From Lenisia limosa (lineage: Eukaryota > Protista > Breviatea), in assembly GCA_001655205.1 (NCBI GenBank), contig LPNZ01006744.1:1-41053 (forward strand): DNA of 41,053 bases, in the 5' to 3' direction. The translations under genes were made by a program, and so were the position numbers. Shown piece by piece: positions 22,930-35,000 of this stretch (position 1 is the stretch's first letter; each line of letters opens with the position of its first letter). The notes below the pieces were generated by a model. It was not told the origin of the DNA, did not search any database, and saw only the letters and a list, made by a program, of their open reading frames with translations.

Positions 22930-25900
22930 TTACTCGATGTTGAAGGCACTGAGAGGGGTCTCCACATACATGGGTCGGACCTGGAAGTGTCATCAAAAAC
23001 CAGAGCAGGAACCTGCATCAAATCCACCAAGTTTCTTTCAACTTTACAAGTTGATATTAACCCGCATACAGTACGCTTGGTGACATTCTCGTTGTAGTTG
23101 ACACCTTCCTCCCAGAAAAGACGGCCCATCATGTTATGGCAGCTATCGGTGTGAAAAATAGAAAAAGGAGAAAAAAAAAAAAGAGATACAAACAAAAATA
23201 AAATATGTTTAAACAAACATGACACATACGTCTTAGACTGGCAGGCACCCATTCCAGTTCTGGTAAGAGCCTTGATTTCGTTCTCATCAGTGACACCCTT
23301 TGCAACAAGCTCGCGGATCTCGCCAGCAGTTACGCGCTCGCAGCGGCAGATGATGGCTTCGTCAGCGGGGGTATCAATCTCAAAGCGGTCCACAAGGGGA
23401 ATAGAAGGAAGAGTGAAGATTGAGGCAACCTAAGACATAACAAAGAATTCAAGGAAGAACCAAGATGAAATCAATTCCCAATTCACATACCTTGGGGGCG
23501 ATTTCACGGGGGACATCGATGGTGATAAGGTGGGTATTGGAAACTTCGTCATGGTCCATATCTGTGACTTCAAATTTGCCAAGAGGGGCACCATCATCAT
23601 CCATGACTGTAACTTCAGATCCTTCCTCAACCTAGAGCATTAGTTATTTTATTTCAAGAGTGTCATTTTGTCGCTGATACTCTTTCTCCCTGTACCCACA
23701 TTTTCTTCCCAGAGCTCATAAGGCACAGTGACGGAAGCAAGAGATTCGTCTTCGTGATCATAGTCAATGAGAGTGATAGCCAGTGCAGGGCATTGTGAAA
23801 CGCTGCAAGTCAGTCAGTGTTACACAACAAGATAATTTCAACACAGCATCAAAGGCGCGCCGCTTACCATTTGGTGCAGCCGTCGCAGTCTTCGGCTTCT
23901 CCAACGTAGCTGGGCATTGCAGTGATACCGTCGCCTCCAATTTTGATGTTGTCGCGAGTGCAAGCGTCTTGACAGGGGCGGCAGGGAATGTCTTGGAAGC
24001 CTGGGGGGAGGAGGGGTATGAAACTAAAAAAAACAAAACAAAAAAACACAGTGGGGGATGGGGAGGGAGTGGTTAATGTAAAAAGACAGGTATTCTGCAA
24101 ACAGTGGAAGATAGGAACGAAAGTCTCGTTAAACTTAATAGGATCGGGGTGCTTGCGGCCAGTCACGGGTCCGGGGTGCATCTTAAGGACCTGCTCCTTG
24201 ACCTTCCAGTCATCGGGGATTTCCTTGTCAGTGGCTCCAAGGTCCTTGGCAATAGTCATACCAGCCATCTTACCGCCGAACATGGCAGAGGATGCCTCAG
24301 CTAAATGATCAACCGACTTTTCAGCAATCAACAGTCGCAACACAAAGATTTATTCCTGTCCACCAACCGATTTCCTTTGCGTCACCAGCGGAGTAGACAG
24401 GGATGCCATACTCCCTAGCCTTCTCAACAAACTCGTCACAAGGCTCAAGGCCGGTGGCGACCATAACACAGTCAACTTCGTAGTCCTTCTCAGTGCCAGG
24501 AATGCGCTTGAAGTTCTCGTCAACCTCGGCAATGGTGACACGTTCAACCTATTTGCGTCACAATTTTGAAAAAAAAAAAAAAAACCCTCGGTGATTACAT
24601 TTTCAAAAGAGCCCCTGTGGTGTTGTTATTTGATAAAATGACAACAGCTTACGTGGTCCTTGCCATGGGCTTCAACAATGGTGTGCTGGGTAAGAACAGG
24701 AGTACCAAGACGCTAGAGATGGTCAGAACAAGAAGCAAGTATCTAGTAAGAGCCCAGATGCTTACAATGAGCTTGTCAACATGAACCTTGTATCCAGAGC
24801 AGGTCTTAGCGGCTTCAACGACAGCAGCGACCTCAATTCCGGCCTGGATGGCGTGGTAGCCACCAATGACACCAACATTTCCAGCACCGACAATGAGGGC
24901 GCGCTTGCAGGGGCGGACAAGATCACGGTTCACAAGGTTCTGGAAGGCTCCAGCTCCAATCACACCGGGGAGGGTGTTACCAGGAAACGAAAGAGACTTT
25001 TCACGGGCACCAGTGGCGACCATAAGTTTCTTGGGACGGATAAGGTCGTACTTGTCGACGCCTTGGACAAGACCAATGACGTCATCGGAGAACACACTCT
25101 GAAAGAGTCAACTGAGTCATGTCCCACTGAAGACAAGAGATGAGGAAACCAGAAAAGTGCACTGATAACCCACAAACCACTGCATTGGTGTCGAGCTGAA
25201 CCTCAACAGAGGGGTATTCACGGACCATGCTATCGAGGATGCGGCCAATTTCGAATCCACGAGTACCAGCCCAGGAGTCTTCCTTAGTGCCGAAGAACTT
25301 GTGAGTTTGAAGAACCTGAGGGGGGGTCAGCCAAGTGGAAATTTGAGGTTAAGGACTGCAGACAGTATCAAAAACGGCTGGTTTAGAAAAGATAACGGTA
25401 GCCCAAGCAATCCCAACCGTGATAACAACTATCCAAGCCCAGCATACAAGTTTTCCTCCAAGTCTGTCCTTATCATCAACAAGAAGGACCTAGTAGAGAG
25501 TGAGATTCTTGAGAAGTGGGAGAGTGAGTGTAACGAAGCTGAGTAACCAAACATACTTCGACTCCAAGTTTGCCAAGCTCGACAGCAGCAGAGAGTCCAG
25601 CGGGGCCACCACCGACAATAAGAACATCAACATCGCGGATTGGGCGATGGGGGGCGGGAGGGGGAACCTCAGTGACAAGAGGAAGAGGAGGCTATTGGGG
25701 TAAGTGGATGTGGGAGAATGTCAAAAAGGAGCAATATATTCAACATGTTCTTCAAATATATTCAAGGGCACGTAGGAGGCTCATAGAAGACAAGTTCTTA
25801 CCAGTCCAAAGAGAGATTCAGCTTCAAGGCCTTGAGAGATCTTGGTCATGCATCCTTTAACAGCATGTTCATCGACAATCACTTGACATTGCCCACATTG

Positions 25901-26529
25901 ACCAATGGTGCCTGGAAAAAATCAAGGAAGTCAATCAAGATCCTTTCTGAAATTGAAGGAAAATACAAGTTGCCAAAAAACCAAATATTTTGCGACTCTA
26001 TTTAAGTTTAAACAGAATCCGAAGATGATAGCAAGAAACAGCGAAGAACTACTGCCCAAATTTATCCGTTAGACTAAACTGGTTTATATTCAAGCATTAA
26101 TTTTGCCAATAAACCTTATAAAAAAGTAGCTTACAGAAATAAGAGCGGGGAGAGCCATCCTTAGGGTGAGAGCCCGTAATATCGATTCCATTCGCAACAA
26201 GAGCGGTGGTAAGATACTCTCCTTCAAATCCCTCAAGTTCCTTGCCGTCAAACTTGAATGAAATGGGCTTCCGATCAGGAATCTCAACAACGGGGTGCTC
26301 AGTGATACGACGTCCAGTGCTTTCAGGCATAACATCAAATTCTAAAAGCAAAGTGAGTCTATGAGAGAAGCTTAGAGCTAAAAAAAGTCGGAAAGTTTTA
26401 TTTCGGGAATGATAGATTATGTTGTTAACCCTGAAAATACAAGTTATTCTTACTTAATGCAGCAGATGCCATAAAAGAACGGGCAGCAAATCGGCTGGCT
26501 GAAATAATTAATTGAATAACTGGAAGCAT
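22930..26529 (-). CDS. Fused [2Fe-2S]-FAD/NAD(P)-oxidoreductase-2x[4Fe-4S]-BFD[2Fe-2S] protein (PDH2-type proline dehydrogenase alpha+gamma+delta / HcnAB-like), ~725 aa, 16 exons, with putative organellar presequence
   Basis: RITEHPVVEIP...FDGKELEGFEGEYLTTALVANG...SYF|CTIGQCGQC...GC (2Fe-2S); DVLIVGGGPAG (FAD); LGGKL|VLQTHKFFG; ATGAREKSLSFPGNTLPGVIGAGAFQ; IVGAGNVG; AGDAKEI|AEASSAM; H|CFQDIPCRPCQDAC and CDGCTK|CVSQCP (two 4Fe-4S); IICRCERVT...TRTGMGACQSKT|C (BFD); ends VRPMYVETPLSAFNIE* (TAA 22930-22932). All junctions are GT-AG and keep frame. The leader exon (26454-26529) is less certain than the body, which starts at ATG 26330. Confidence 0.92.
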
Positions 26530-27399
26530 AGTATCGTAATCACAATAACATTTATCTAATAATATTTAATTAACAAAATAGCTATTAGGAAACGAGTATG
26601 AAAGGTATTTGCCTTCATATGCCACAAAAATCAACTTGATCCATTGTACATACCTGCCTGAGTTGAAGCCTTTAGGCCCAAAGAACCAATTGCACGAAGA
26701 AAAGACATACTTTTATATACTTATTTAATGTAATAAAAGTATTTCTATGAATGATTTTTTTTATTTTTTTTTTAATTTAAAGTGAACTGAACTTTCCGAC
26801 TTCCGGTAATGCACCCTGTTAAGTTGTTGTCCGTTCCGACTACAATCCCACCCAAATCCGACCATACGCAGCTCCACTCCTCCACTCTGGCTCCACTACC
26901 ACACTGCCACGTTTCAAAAAATCGGTTACAAATTTTAAAATCAAATCAACAAATTGTTTTCTGTGTATGTTTCTTTGTGGAGTCAACAGTTGGATCTCTA
27001 TGGTTCCTAGTTTCAATAGAGACTTTTCAGCAAAAAAAAATTGAATAATAGCAATCAAGGAGGATAGCAATTTTGTACTTAAAGGCTTAAATAGGATTTT
27101 ATAGTGGTTGATATCTGTTGTGTCTCTGCTTTACAGAGTAGAATTATCCATCTCCAGGAAATAAAAATAAAAATAGAAGTGTATTAAATAAGGTAATCAC
27201 AAAACTTTAAACCAGATATCAAAGGATCTGGGGTCGGAAATGAATGTTTCAAATTGTTCAACTTTCAAAAAGACCGAATATCAACCGCTCTAATGTCTAC
27301 ATCATCAATATATAATCAGTGTGAAATAAGAACAGCAAGGAGAAAATTTGTGAAAACAGAAATAAAACACAATAATTAATAAAGAGAAATCTATGCTAC

Positions 27400-30300
27400 G
27401 TGTATCTCAAATGTGTGATAACAGAAAGAGCTCTCAAAAGAATAGAAGAGTGACTCACTCCTTGTATGATTCTCTACCAACCTCAGCTCTGTATCTAATA
27501 TACTTGGCTCGGTTTTTGGTGAAGGGGATTGACTCACAACTACAAGATTAAACAACAATCAAAGGTGAAACCCATTTTACTCCAACATACTGCATGACAA
27601 AGTTCTCATAGCAGGGAACTACAAAATCCATTGAGTCGTTCTACGAGGTTAGTTTCGGAACCGCGTATCCAAATCTCTTAGCCAGCCTCACTTTAATTGA
27701 CTGCTTTAAGGCAGGGTCAGCCACAGCGTAATTTCGTTGTTGCCTCATCTCAATATCCAATTGGAGATTAAAAGTCTAAGATGGTTAAGGCAGAACTCTT
27801 GCGCTATTTCATATGTATGTAACAATGGACACAATGTCAACCGACTTCCCCGACCGAGAAAGCCTGTTTGAGCAAATGATACTTCTTGCTTGGTACAGTT
27901 GAGGCATCAAACTGCTCATCAATGTCCGCTGGAAACTTCAAGTCGAAAGACACGTCACGGATTCCGGCCAAAGCTCTCTCGAAGCTGCATGTATGATAAT
28001 AGCAAATTACTGTGCCTTCAAAAAACTGCCAAACCTATCCAATATGAACTGTCTCTGATGCTCTTCAACAAAGTTGAGGAGTCGGGTCTCAAGAGATTTG
28101 GGAACATGTTGCTGAAATGGATAAGCTACTTGCAAAGCCCCAATTTAAGAACCTCGAGCTTGTCCCCATGAATGTTGTTGGCAATGTAGTGTAGGTTGTT
28201 GAGGTTGAACAGTGTGCGCAAAGAGGCGTGCTTGTAGCCAGCTGATTTCGATTCCATGTTGTCAACAAGTGCCTCAAGGAAACTGCCTGATTTGGTGAAA
28301 GGAGTCAAAAAGTGGGAAAGAACAAGATAAGTGAAGATGAGTCTACAAGTTTACTTATTGCTGTAATTTTGGTAGGCAGCTAAAGAGCACCATATTTCCA
28401 GCCAACTAATTTGAGAAGAAAATGACGAAGATCCCTGTGGAGAGAACGATGAGCTGACAGAGGGATGTAGTGACATTGCCCTGGCAAGACGTTGGCGCTG
28501 TTTTAATATGTCATCTTGGGCTTCTCTATTGAATCAGTGGAACCAAATTGTCTTAAGTATTAAAATAAACTTTCTGCCCTCACGACGAGTTGGTATTGGA
28601 GTCTATTGAAGACCTCAGGGGGCTTCCACTACACGGGTTGGTCAAAATATGAATCATGAAGCAAAGTAAAAAAAAAACTATGTTTACTAATAGCTCCCGC
28701 TTCCCACCGATTAGACCTGGACATAAAGGTGGCCTCCAAGGCACTGGTATGGTCCACGATTGAGGAGAGTTTTGTGACAACAGCGACATAATCCATGAGA
28801 CGATGGAGGAAGAAAAGTGCCTGAAAGAGGTCAGATACAGATCATTATTATCCAGAAGTGAAATGTTACCCACATTTGATGCAAGGCTGTGAACAGTTCC
28901 ATCGGCAGGGATGGGCTTGAGAGGGTGATTTTCGATGAACGTAATTGCTGTTGGGATGATTGACATTACAGATTCCTTAAGTCCGTTCACTGTCTGTTCG
29001 AGAAGCAAGCTTGTTTCTTCACACTGGGTGGGGGAGGTGTAGATGAGATGAGGTCTGGACAGCGTGTTACTTGATTGTTGACACCATTGATATCAAAGAA
29101 TCAGGGCCATTTTGCTTACAGGTATGCATTCAAAGAAACCGTCCAGATGCAGTTCCAAAGCACTGAGTAGTTCGAAAACTATCAGTCCGGACACTGACAA
29201 GCCACTAGGAAGGGGTCATTGAAAACCCCAGTGAATAGAACAAAGGAGCATGCTTACATTGACAGGGACTTCGCTAATTTGGTAACAGATGAGCAGAGTA
29301 ACTCAATCATTGGACGGAGACAGCTGTCCAGGCTACGTTGTGAGAGTATTTAGAATATTGACCCACATTTGTTTGGAGAGGGAAGGCTCAAGTTCGTCAC
29401 CAAACACTTCTGAAAACAGGAGAACTTCCCCCTTTAAAATTATATCAGAATCTTGGTTCACAACTCAGCACACCTTTATGAGAACAAGAGCAAGAGGAAT
29501 GGTCTGGAGGAATGGATGTGAAGATAAGTCACTAGCGTCATGCCGCCTAGATTTCAGTCACGTATTGATAAAGCGAAGAACTGATGCACTGCAAGACATA
29601 CACAGCAAGTTGTTCTGATCGATGTATACGGTCTTTGAGGGTTTCGAGAAGGAATTCAGCGCGGTGTGTCTTGTATGTGTGGAACGCCGAATGCTATAAA
29701 GATAATAAGACAAATGCTGCAAAATCACCCCCCCCCCCCANNNNNNNNNNNNNNNNNNNNNNNNNNNNNNNNNNNNNNNNNNNNNNNNNNNNNNNNNNNN
29801 NNNNNNNNNNNACTCTGTCAAGTCTTTCTCACTGGCAAGTTCTGAATTGTAACATTAAGGTAAACTGATCACTGACCACGATAAGTCCTCACACGATTGA
29901 CTGAAGACAAAGCTCAATATCAGTGTCAGGACTCATCGCGAAACCACAAAATTCCAAATTACAACAAGTAACGAAAAAGCAGACCTATTTTGCCATTGGG
30001 AACAGGAACTTGCAGTTTGGAAGCCGAAATTGGTGTAGAAATTCTGCTAACGATAGCAATGAACATGGGTGTGAGGTGTCCGTCTGCCTTAGTCAACAAG
30101 TGACGCTGAGAGGATGATGTTGAATCAAGATATGCAATTCAGAGTATTATCTGATTTCTCTCAAAGCCCTACAATGCTATTGGCGGTTCTGTCAGCAGAC
30201 TTGAAATGACTGTGTTGAGTGATAATGTTCTGGCTTTGAAGCAAATCATCAACAGCATTTAGGTACTCTGAGAGGGAGTGCCGAGGACTAAACGATTACT

Positions 30301-31455
30301 TGTGAAAACTAAATAGCGATTTGTTTTGTCCCCCCTCCCCTACCCTTCTCTGACAATAGCTTCATGGCGACTTGGTGCAGTGAGCACTCCCAGGAACCGC
30401 TCAAACGAAACAATAACTTCTTCAATATCTGAATGTTTGAGCATTTTTTTGATAGTAAACACCCGTCTATTCAATTCTCACCCTCCCCACTATCATCAGC
30501 CATCGTGAGTTCTTTGGTGTTCTCATGTAATGTCTTGACTGAGTCCTCAATTCGGGATAAATTGTCATCAATGAGTCCAAGGCCTTGTGTCTATCATAGA
30601 TGAGATGGGAGGAAACCAATGCGTAAGTGTCTTGTAAAAAGGTTAAACAAAAACAGCATGCTTTATCAAAGAAATAGGATTTAACCGTTGCTTAACTTCC
30701 TGAATACAAACTAGACAAACCAAGGCAATGGACAATTTATTGATCTGGTCAGCCTGCCCCTCGATCCACTGAATTCTTGCTTTTTCATGCTCCAATCTAA
30801 GGTGTCAGTTGTTTGCGACACTTTGCAGCATCCAGTTTGAAGAAAGAGAAACAATAATCCATCACAGTAAGGTCATTCAGAGATCCATCCATTTGGAAGT
30901 CCTTGACCCACTTCTTCTTCCTCTCCTCACGCTCCCTCAGCACAGTGCCAATAATCCGCCGCCGTTCCTCCGCCGACTGAACTGCTGGTGTCGCATCAGC
31001 TACAAGATGAGATATTTCAGCAAAGCCAATACAACTTACATGCACCCAAAGGTGAGGCAGTGGGGGATGTAATCTACAAAATTATTCAAGAATTGAAGGG
31101 AATGAAATGATACACTAGGATACATCAAATTCAACTATGAGCCTGCAGTAGTATTCTCAAGTCATGTACATCTTTTTCCCTTCGGGCAATGAACAATATC
31201 AAAATAAAAGATGAATACAGAACACTTCCTTTCTATAAATATATTACGACCACTTGCATCAAATCAAATCAAACACAAGTTCATGCCGAACAGACCTGGT
31301 GTGACGACCTGTTTCGTCGACGGTTTGGGGTGACCGAGCTGTTTCCTCCAAGAACTACCAGAGTAAGAAGAGGGAAGCCAAGAAAAAGGCCAACTTGACT
31401 TTGGGCGAGGCCTGCGTCTTGAAACAATACCTGGAGACCCTGCAAGGCCATCCAT
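27400..31455 (-). CDS. EXO70: Exocyst complex component Exo70 (EXOC7); 3' end approximate
   Basis: Candidate ATG at 31455; N-terminal coiled coil IDDNLSRIEDSVKTLHENTKEL; PIPADGTVHSLASNV (DGTVHELTSN motif); LVDNMESKSAGYKHASLRTLFNLNNLHYI; TFNLQLDIEMRQQRNYAVADPALK; VVPCYENF; PFTKNRAKYIRY (KNPEKYIKY motif). Confidence 0.88.
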
Positions 31456-32030
31456 GGTAGCCTGCTAAGCAGAACTGCTTTAGGAAACGAGAATTAAGAA
31501 CAATCTGCCTGGGTAAGGTTATTTATAAATGCTAATCTGTTAACTTTAACCATATAACCATATAAGAGTGAAAAAAATGAATTTTGGTTTTTAAAATTGA
31601 TCATTGATCTCACTATCTAATAGTCCAGGCCACCGCTCTTTCACCGTTGTCGTCGTCACCACCCCAGTATTTTTGAAACATCTTGTTCGATCAGTATTTA
31701 CATATATGGTTTGCAGATGGTTTTATGGTCTGTATCAGATGATAAAATTATGATACGATATGACATAAGAAACATGTCCGAGGAGGGACATGTCGCCAGG
31801 TGTGTGGCTGATACAATTGAACAATTTATGAAACAAAGGATTACCGAACTATAAACTCCCTACTGCACGCTCACGGTAAATAACTTAAAAATTCATAAAT
31901 TCATAACTTCATTCCTAAAATATTCGACAAAATCTTTCAGAGAGTACTAATTCAGTTGCAACTATGAAGTGAGAAGAGAGAGAACAGAACCCACCAAAAG
32001 CCATCAGTTTCTGTGGGTATCAACAACGGG

Positions 32031-35000
32031 TTACTGAGGGTCGTTTTGAAGTAGACTTAACACATTCTGTGCTCGTCTTTTCCCCTCTTCAGTCTACAAA
32101 TGTCACTATCAGTGTACAGATTCAATATTATTTGACTTAACTGACGTTTTTCACAGCATTCAGTTCTTCCTGGAGCTGTAACACCACTTGTTCCATTTCA
32201 CTACAGTGGGGGCAGTCTAAAGTGTGACTCTTGGGACGATCTCATCATTCAGCAGTTATGCCCACCTTGGCCAAAAGAAGTCTCAACAACATTGAGAACT
32301 TCGTCGAAGAGTTGCGAGGTGTCCGCCATTAGATCGGACACTCGAGAGGTGTCAAGCTGAGGTCATTTTAGCAGGAAGCAACACGGATTTGTATTGTTAA
32401 TAGAAAAACCCAGTAAATTTTAAGGAAACAGGTCCACCAAGAAATGCGTAACAAGGTTAAATACACACACATCCACAAACCGCTTCTTCTCGAGATATGT
32501 GGTGAGGTTTAATAAATTTGGGCGGTCCTTCAAGATCGTCATCCTCAACAGAGTGCAGAGAAGTACACGAGTCAGAGAGCTTGGTCTGGTGTGTATAACA
32601 ATTACATGAGATGAACAAGTGGAAAAAGGGTGTACAGTGACCGGGACAAGTCTTGACCGATTTTCCCGAGAAAATCACATAGCAAATCGGTCAGGTCTTA
32701 ACCCGGTCCCTGTAAGTATAATAATAAGATATCATTGTCATTTACATGTAAGTGATCCACCCAAAGAGTTATAAACTACTCCGAGTCGGAGAAACTCACT
32801 TCAATAGTTTTGAGTTGGTTGTAGACCTCAGGCTCGTTTGAATCTGAGCAGATGAAAGATAAGGATTCTCGCACTGAAATACCTTGCAAGGAGGCAGCCA
32901 AAAGTGAAACCTGGACTCTGGCTTCACTGGTACGCATCCGCTCATTTTCAAGCTGCTCATTAAGCGACTCGTTTCTAGATGGTCAAACACCAACTAAGTC
33001 AAGCGTTACAGTACTGGAACACCATCCCACTTAAGAACCATGGATTCCTCTCTCGCAAGAGCCACGGATGTGTCCGAGTTGGACGCCAAAACTCTTTCCA
33101 TACTTTTTTCATTTGCATCAAGCGATACCTTTTTTAAGTAAGGGCAAATCTTGTGATTTCAATATGACAACCACATTAGGAATTATCCAAAATAGTAAGT
33201 ATTAAGGGAACATTCAAATAGCCCCGTAAGAAAAGAGGAACCCTGCAAAGATACAACAGAGCACTGGTAATGTAATTGGACGCACCTTAAGGTCTATTTC
33301 CTTGTTCTCCAACTGCTGTTTGAGGCGTGCTATTGTTTCCTTCAGTTGTTGGGTCTCGTCTGACGATGTTGGCGACTCTGTGTTGTTACTGCCATTCAAT
33401 GCACATTTCATTACAGAACCAAACATGATTCCATCAAGTGATCAAGTGATCAAGTGTTGTCATACTTGCAATTCGTAACTCTTCCTGGAGACGGACCACA
33501 GCAGCTTCCGCCTCCTGAGTCTTGCTCAGCTGCTCACTCGCCTTCAGTGTCAACTGCCGAACCTGAACAGTCAAAAACAAGAAAATTTGAATTCAAGAAA
33601 AGAGCCGCCATTGTAAACGCGGCCTTCACCTCAGTAGCAACAGCTTGACTTCCGGCAATGAGAGAATCCTCTCTGTCGGCCCTTTTCTCAAGGTCTGTAT
33701 TGAGGTTGTCTATTTCTTCAGTAAGCTGTTGTTTCTCTTGGATCACTTGTTCCACTTCAACCACCTACATTCGTCACAATCTTCTTATCGAGAACACTCT
33801 ATTCAGATCAAAAACGGCAATTAAACATTGTCTTCCTTCAAAGGTATCCCTAAACCTTCTCTGCCAAATCGCTCATAAGTCTCTTGTTGAGGTCTTCAAG
33901 GTCAGCAATTCGAGACATTTGGGCCAATGTGTTCTTTGGAATCTTGCATTTAAGGGCAGCATGCTTCTCAGCCTCTGTTTTTCCAAGACTAGCTACTTCC
34001 TAAGAAATGTCATATAGAAAAAGTTGGATTTAGAAATAATATTATAACTATTCCAAATTGAACCAATGAACAATCCCAGCCGTACCCTCAGTTCATCAAC
34101 CATTTGCTCCTGGGTTCCAAGCTCCATATCAATTTCCGCGCTTCTCTTGGCCTTAATGGTGAAAATGGTTGGGATAATTGTAACTCAATGTGGCTAACCT
34201 CCTCTGCGATTTGATCAGACAGAACCTTGTGATCAAGTTTCAGTTTCGAAACGGTGTCCTTTAAAATTGAATTTTCTTCTTGTGCATTCTAAAGAATCAA
34301 TTCACCAGTCACACCAAATTTTAGTTCATTATTTTCCCCATTATATATATCATTATCTTTCAGGTTCTCAAAAACATACATAGAAAGCCCGATGAAACAC
34401 ACCTTTAGTTGTGAAGCCAAATCGGTGCTATAGCTATTCCGATCAGCTTCAAGAGCCCTACTTTTCTCATCTTGGCAAATTCTGGAAATATATTCTTCTT
34501 CCTTCCTTTTCTGCTTTTCAAGATCACACTTCAGCTCATTAATGAGGATATGAGAATCTTTAACTTCTATATTGGCTCTTTCAAGCTGTTGGGAAACACT
34601 TTCAGCCTTAGTGTTCATTTCCAAAGCTGGTGCCTTTTCCAGCTGCAACTGAGAAGACAGTTCTCTGTTTTCTTCTCTCGCAGATTCAAGGGCACTTGTT
34701 GCTGTGGTCACTTCCGTTTCCAATAGTTGGATCTGGCTTTCAGCATCATGATGAAGACCGTTTAGCTCATCTCGGTCCTTGGTCACTACATCAACTTGTT
34801 TTCGAGCTTGACTGAGAAGAAGCTCAGTTTCAGCATATTGGGATTTGGAAGCTTCCAGGTCAAGTTTTGTCTCTTCAAACTGGTTCATTGTAGTGGCATA
34901 GCGCTTTTCAGCGTTTATTAGAGCTTCCTCAGCCGAGTTCAATGTGGCTTCAACCGAGGAAATAGCTGTACGGCAGGATTCCGTCTCAACCTTGTAAGAC

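Noticed and set aside
22930-26330. Bacterial contaminant contig or operon explanation for the oxidoreductase
   Set aside because: The gene is split by canonical spliceosomal introns and lies contiguously between a cyclin and Exo70.
26809-26920. CTCCACT-rich stretch and small ORFs upstream of the oxidoreductase
   Set aside because: Three short imperfect repeats with no coding signature or second copy; not supportable as a gene or element.
31772-31793. 8-bp hairpin ACATGTCC-GAGGAG-GGACATGT upstream of Exo70
   Set aside because: Stem is short enough to arise by chance; no other copy seen.
33433-33456. (ATCAAGTG)x3 micro-repeat
   Set aside because: Simple intronic slippage repeat, no further structure.
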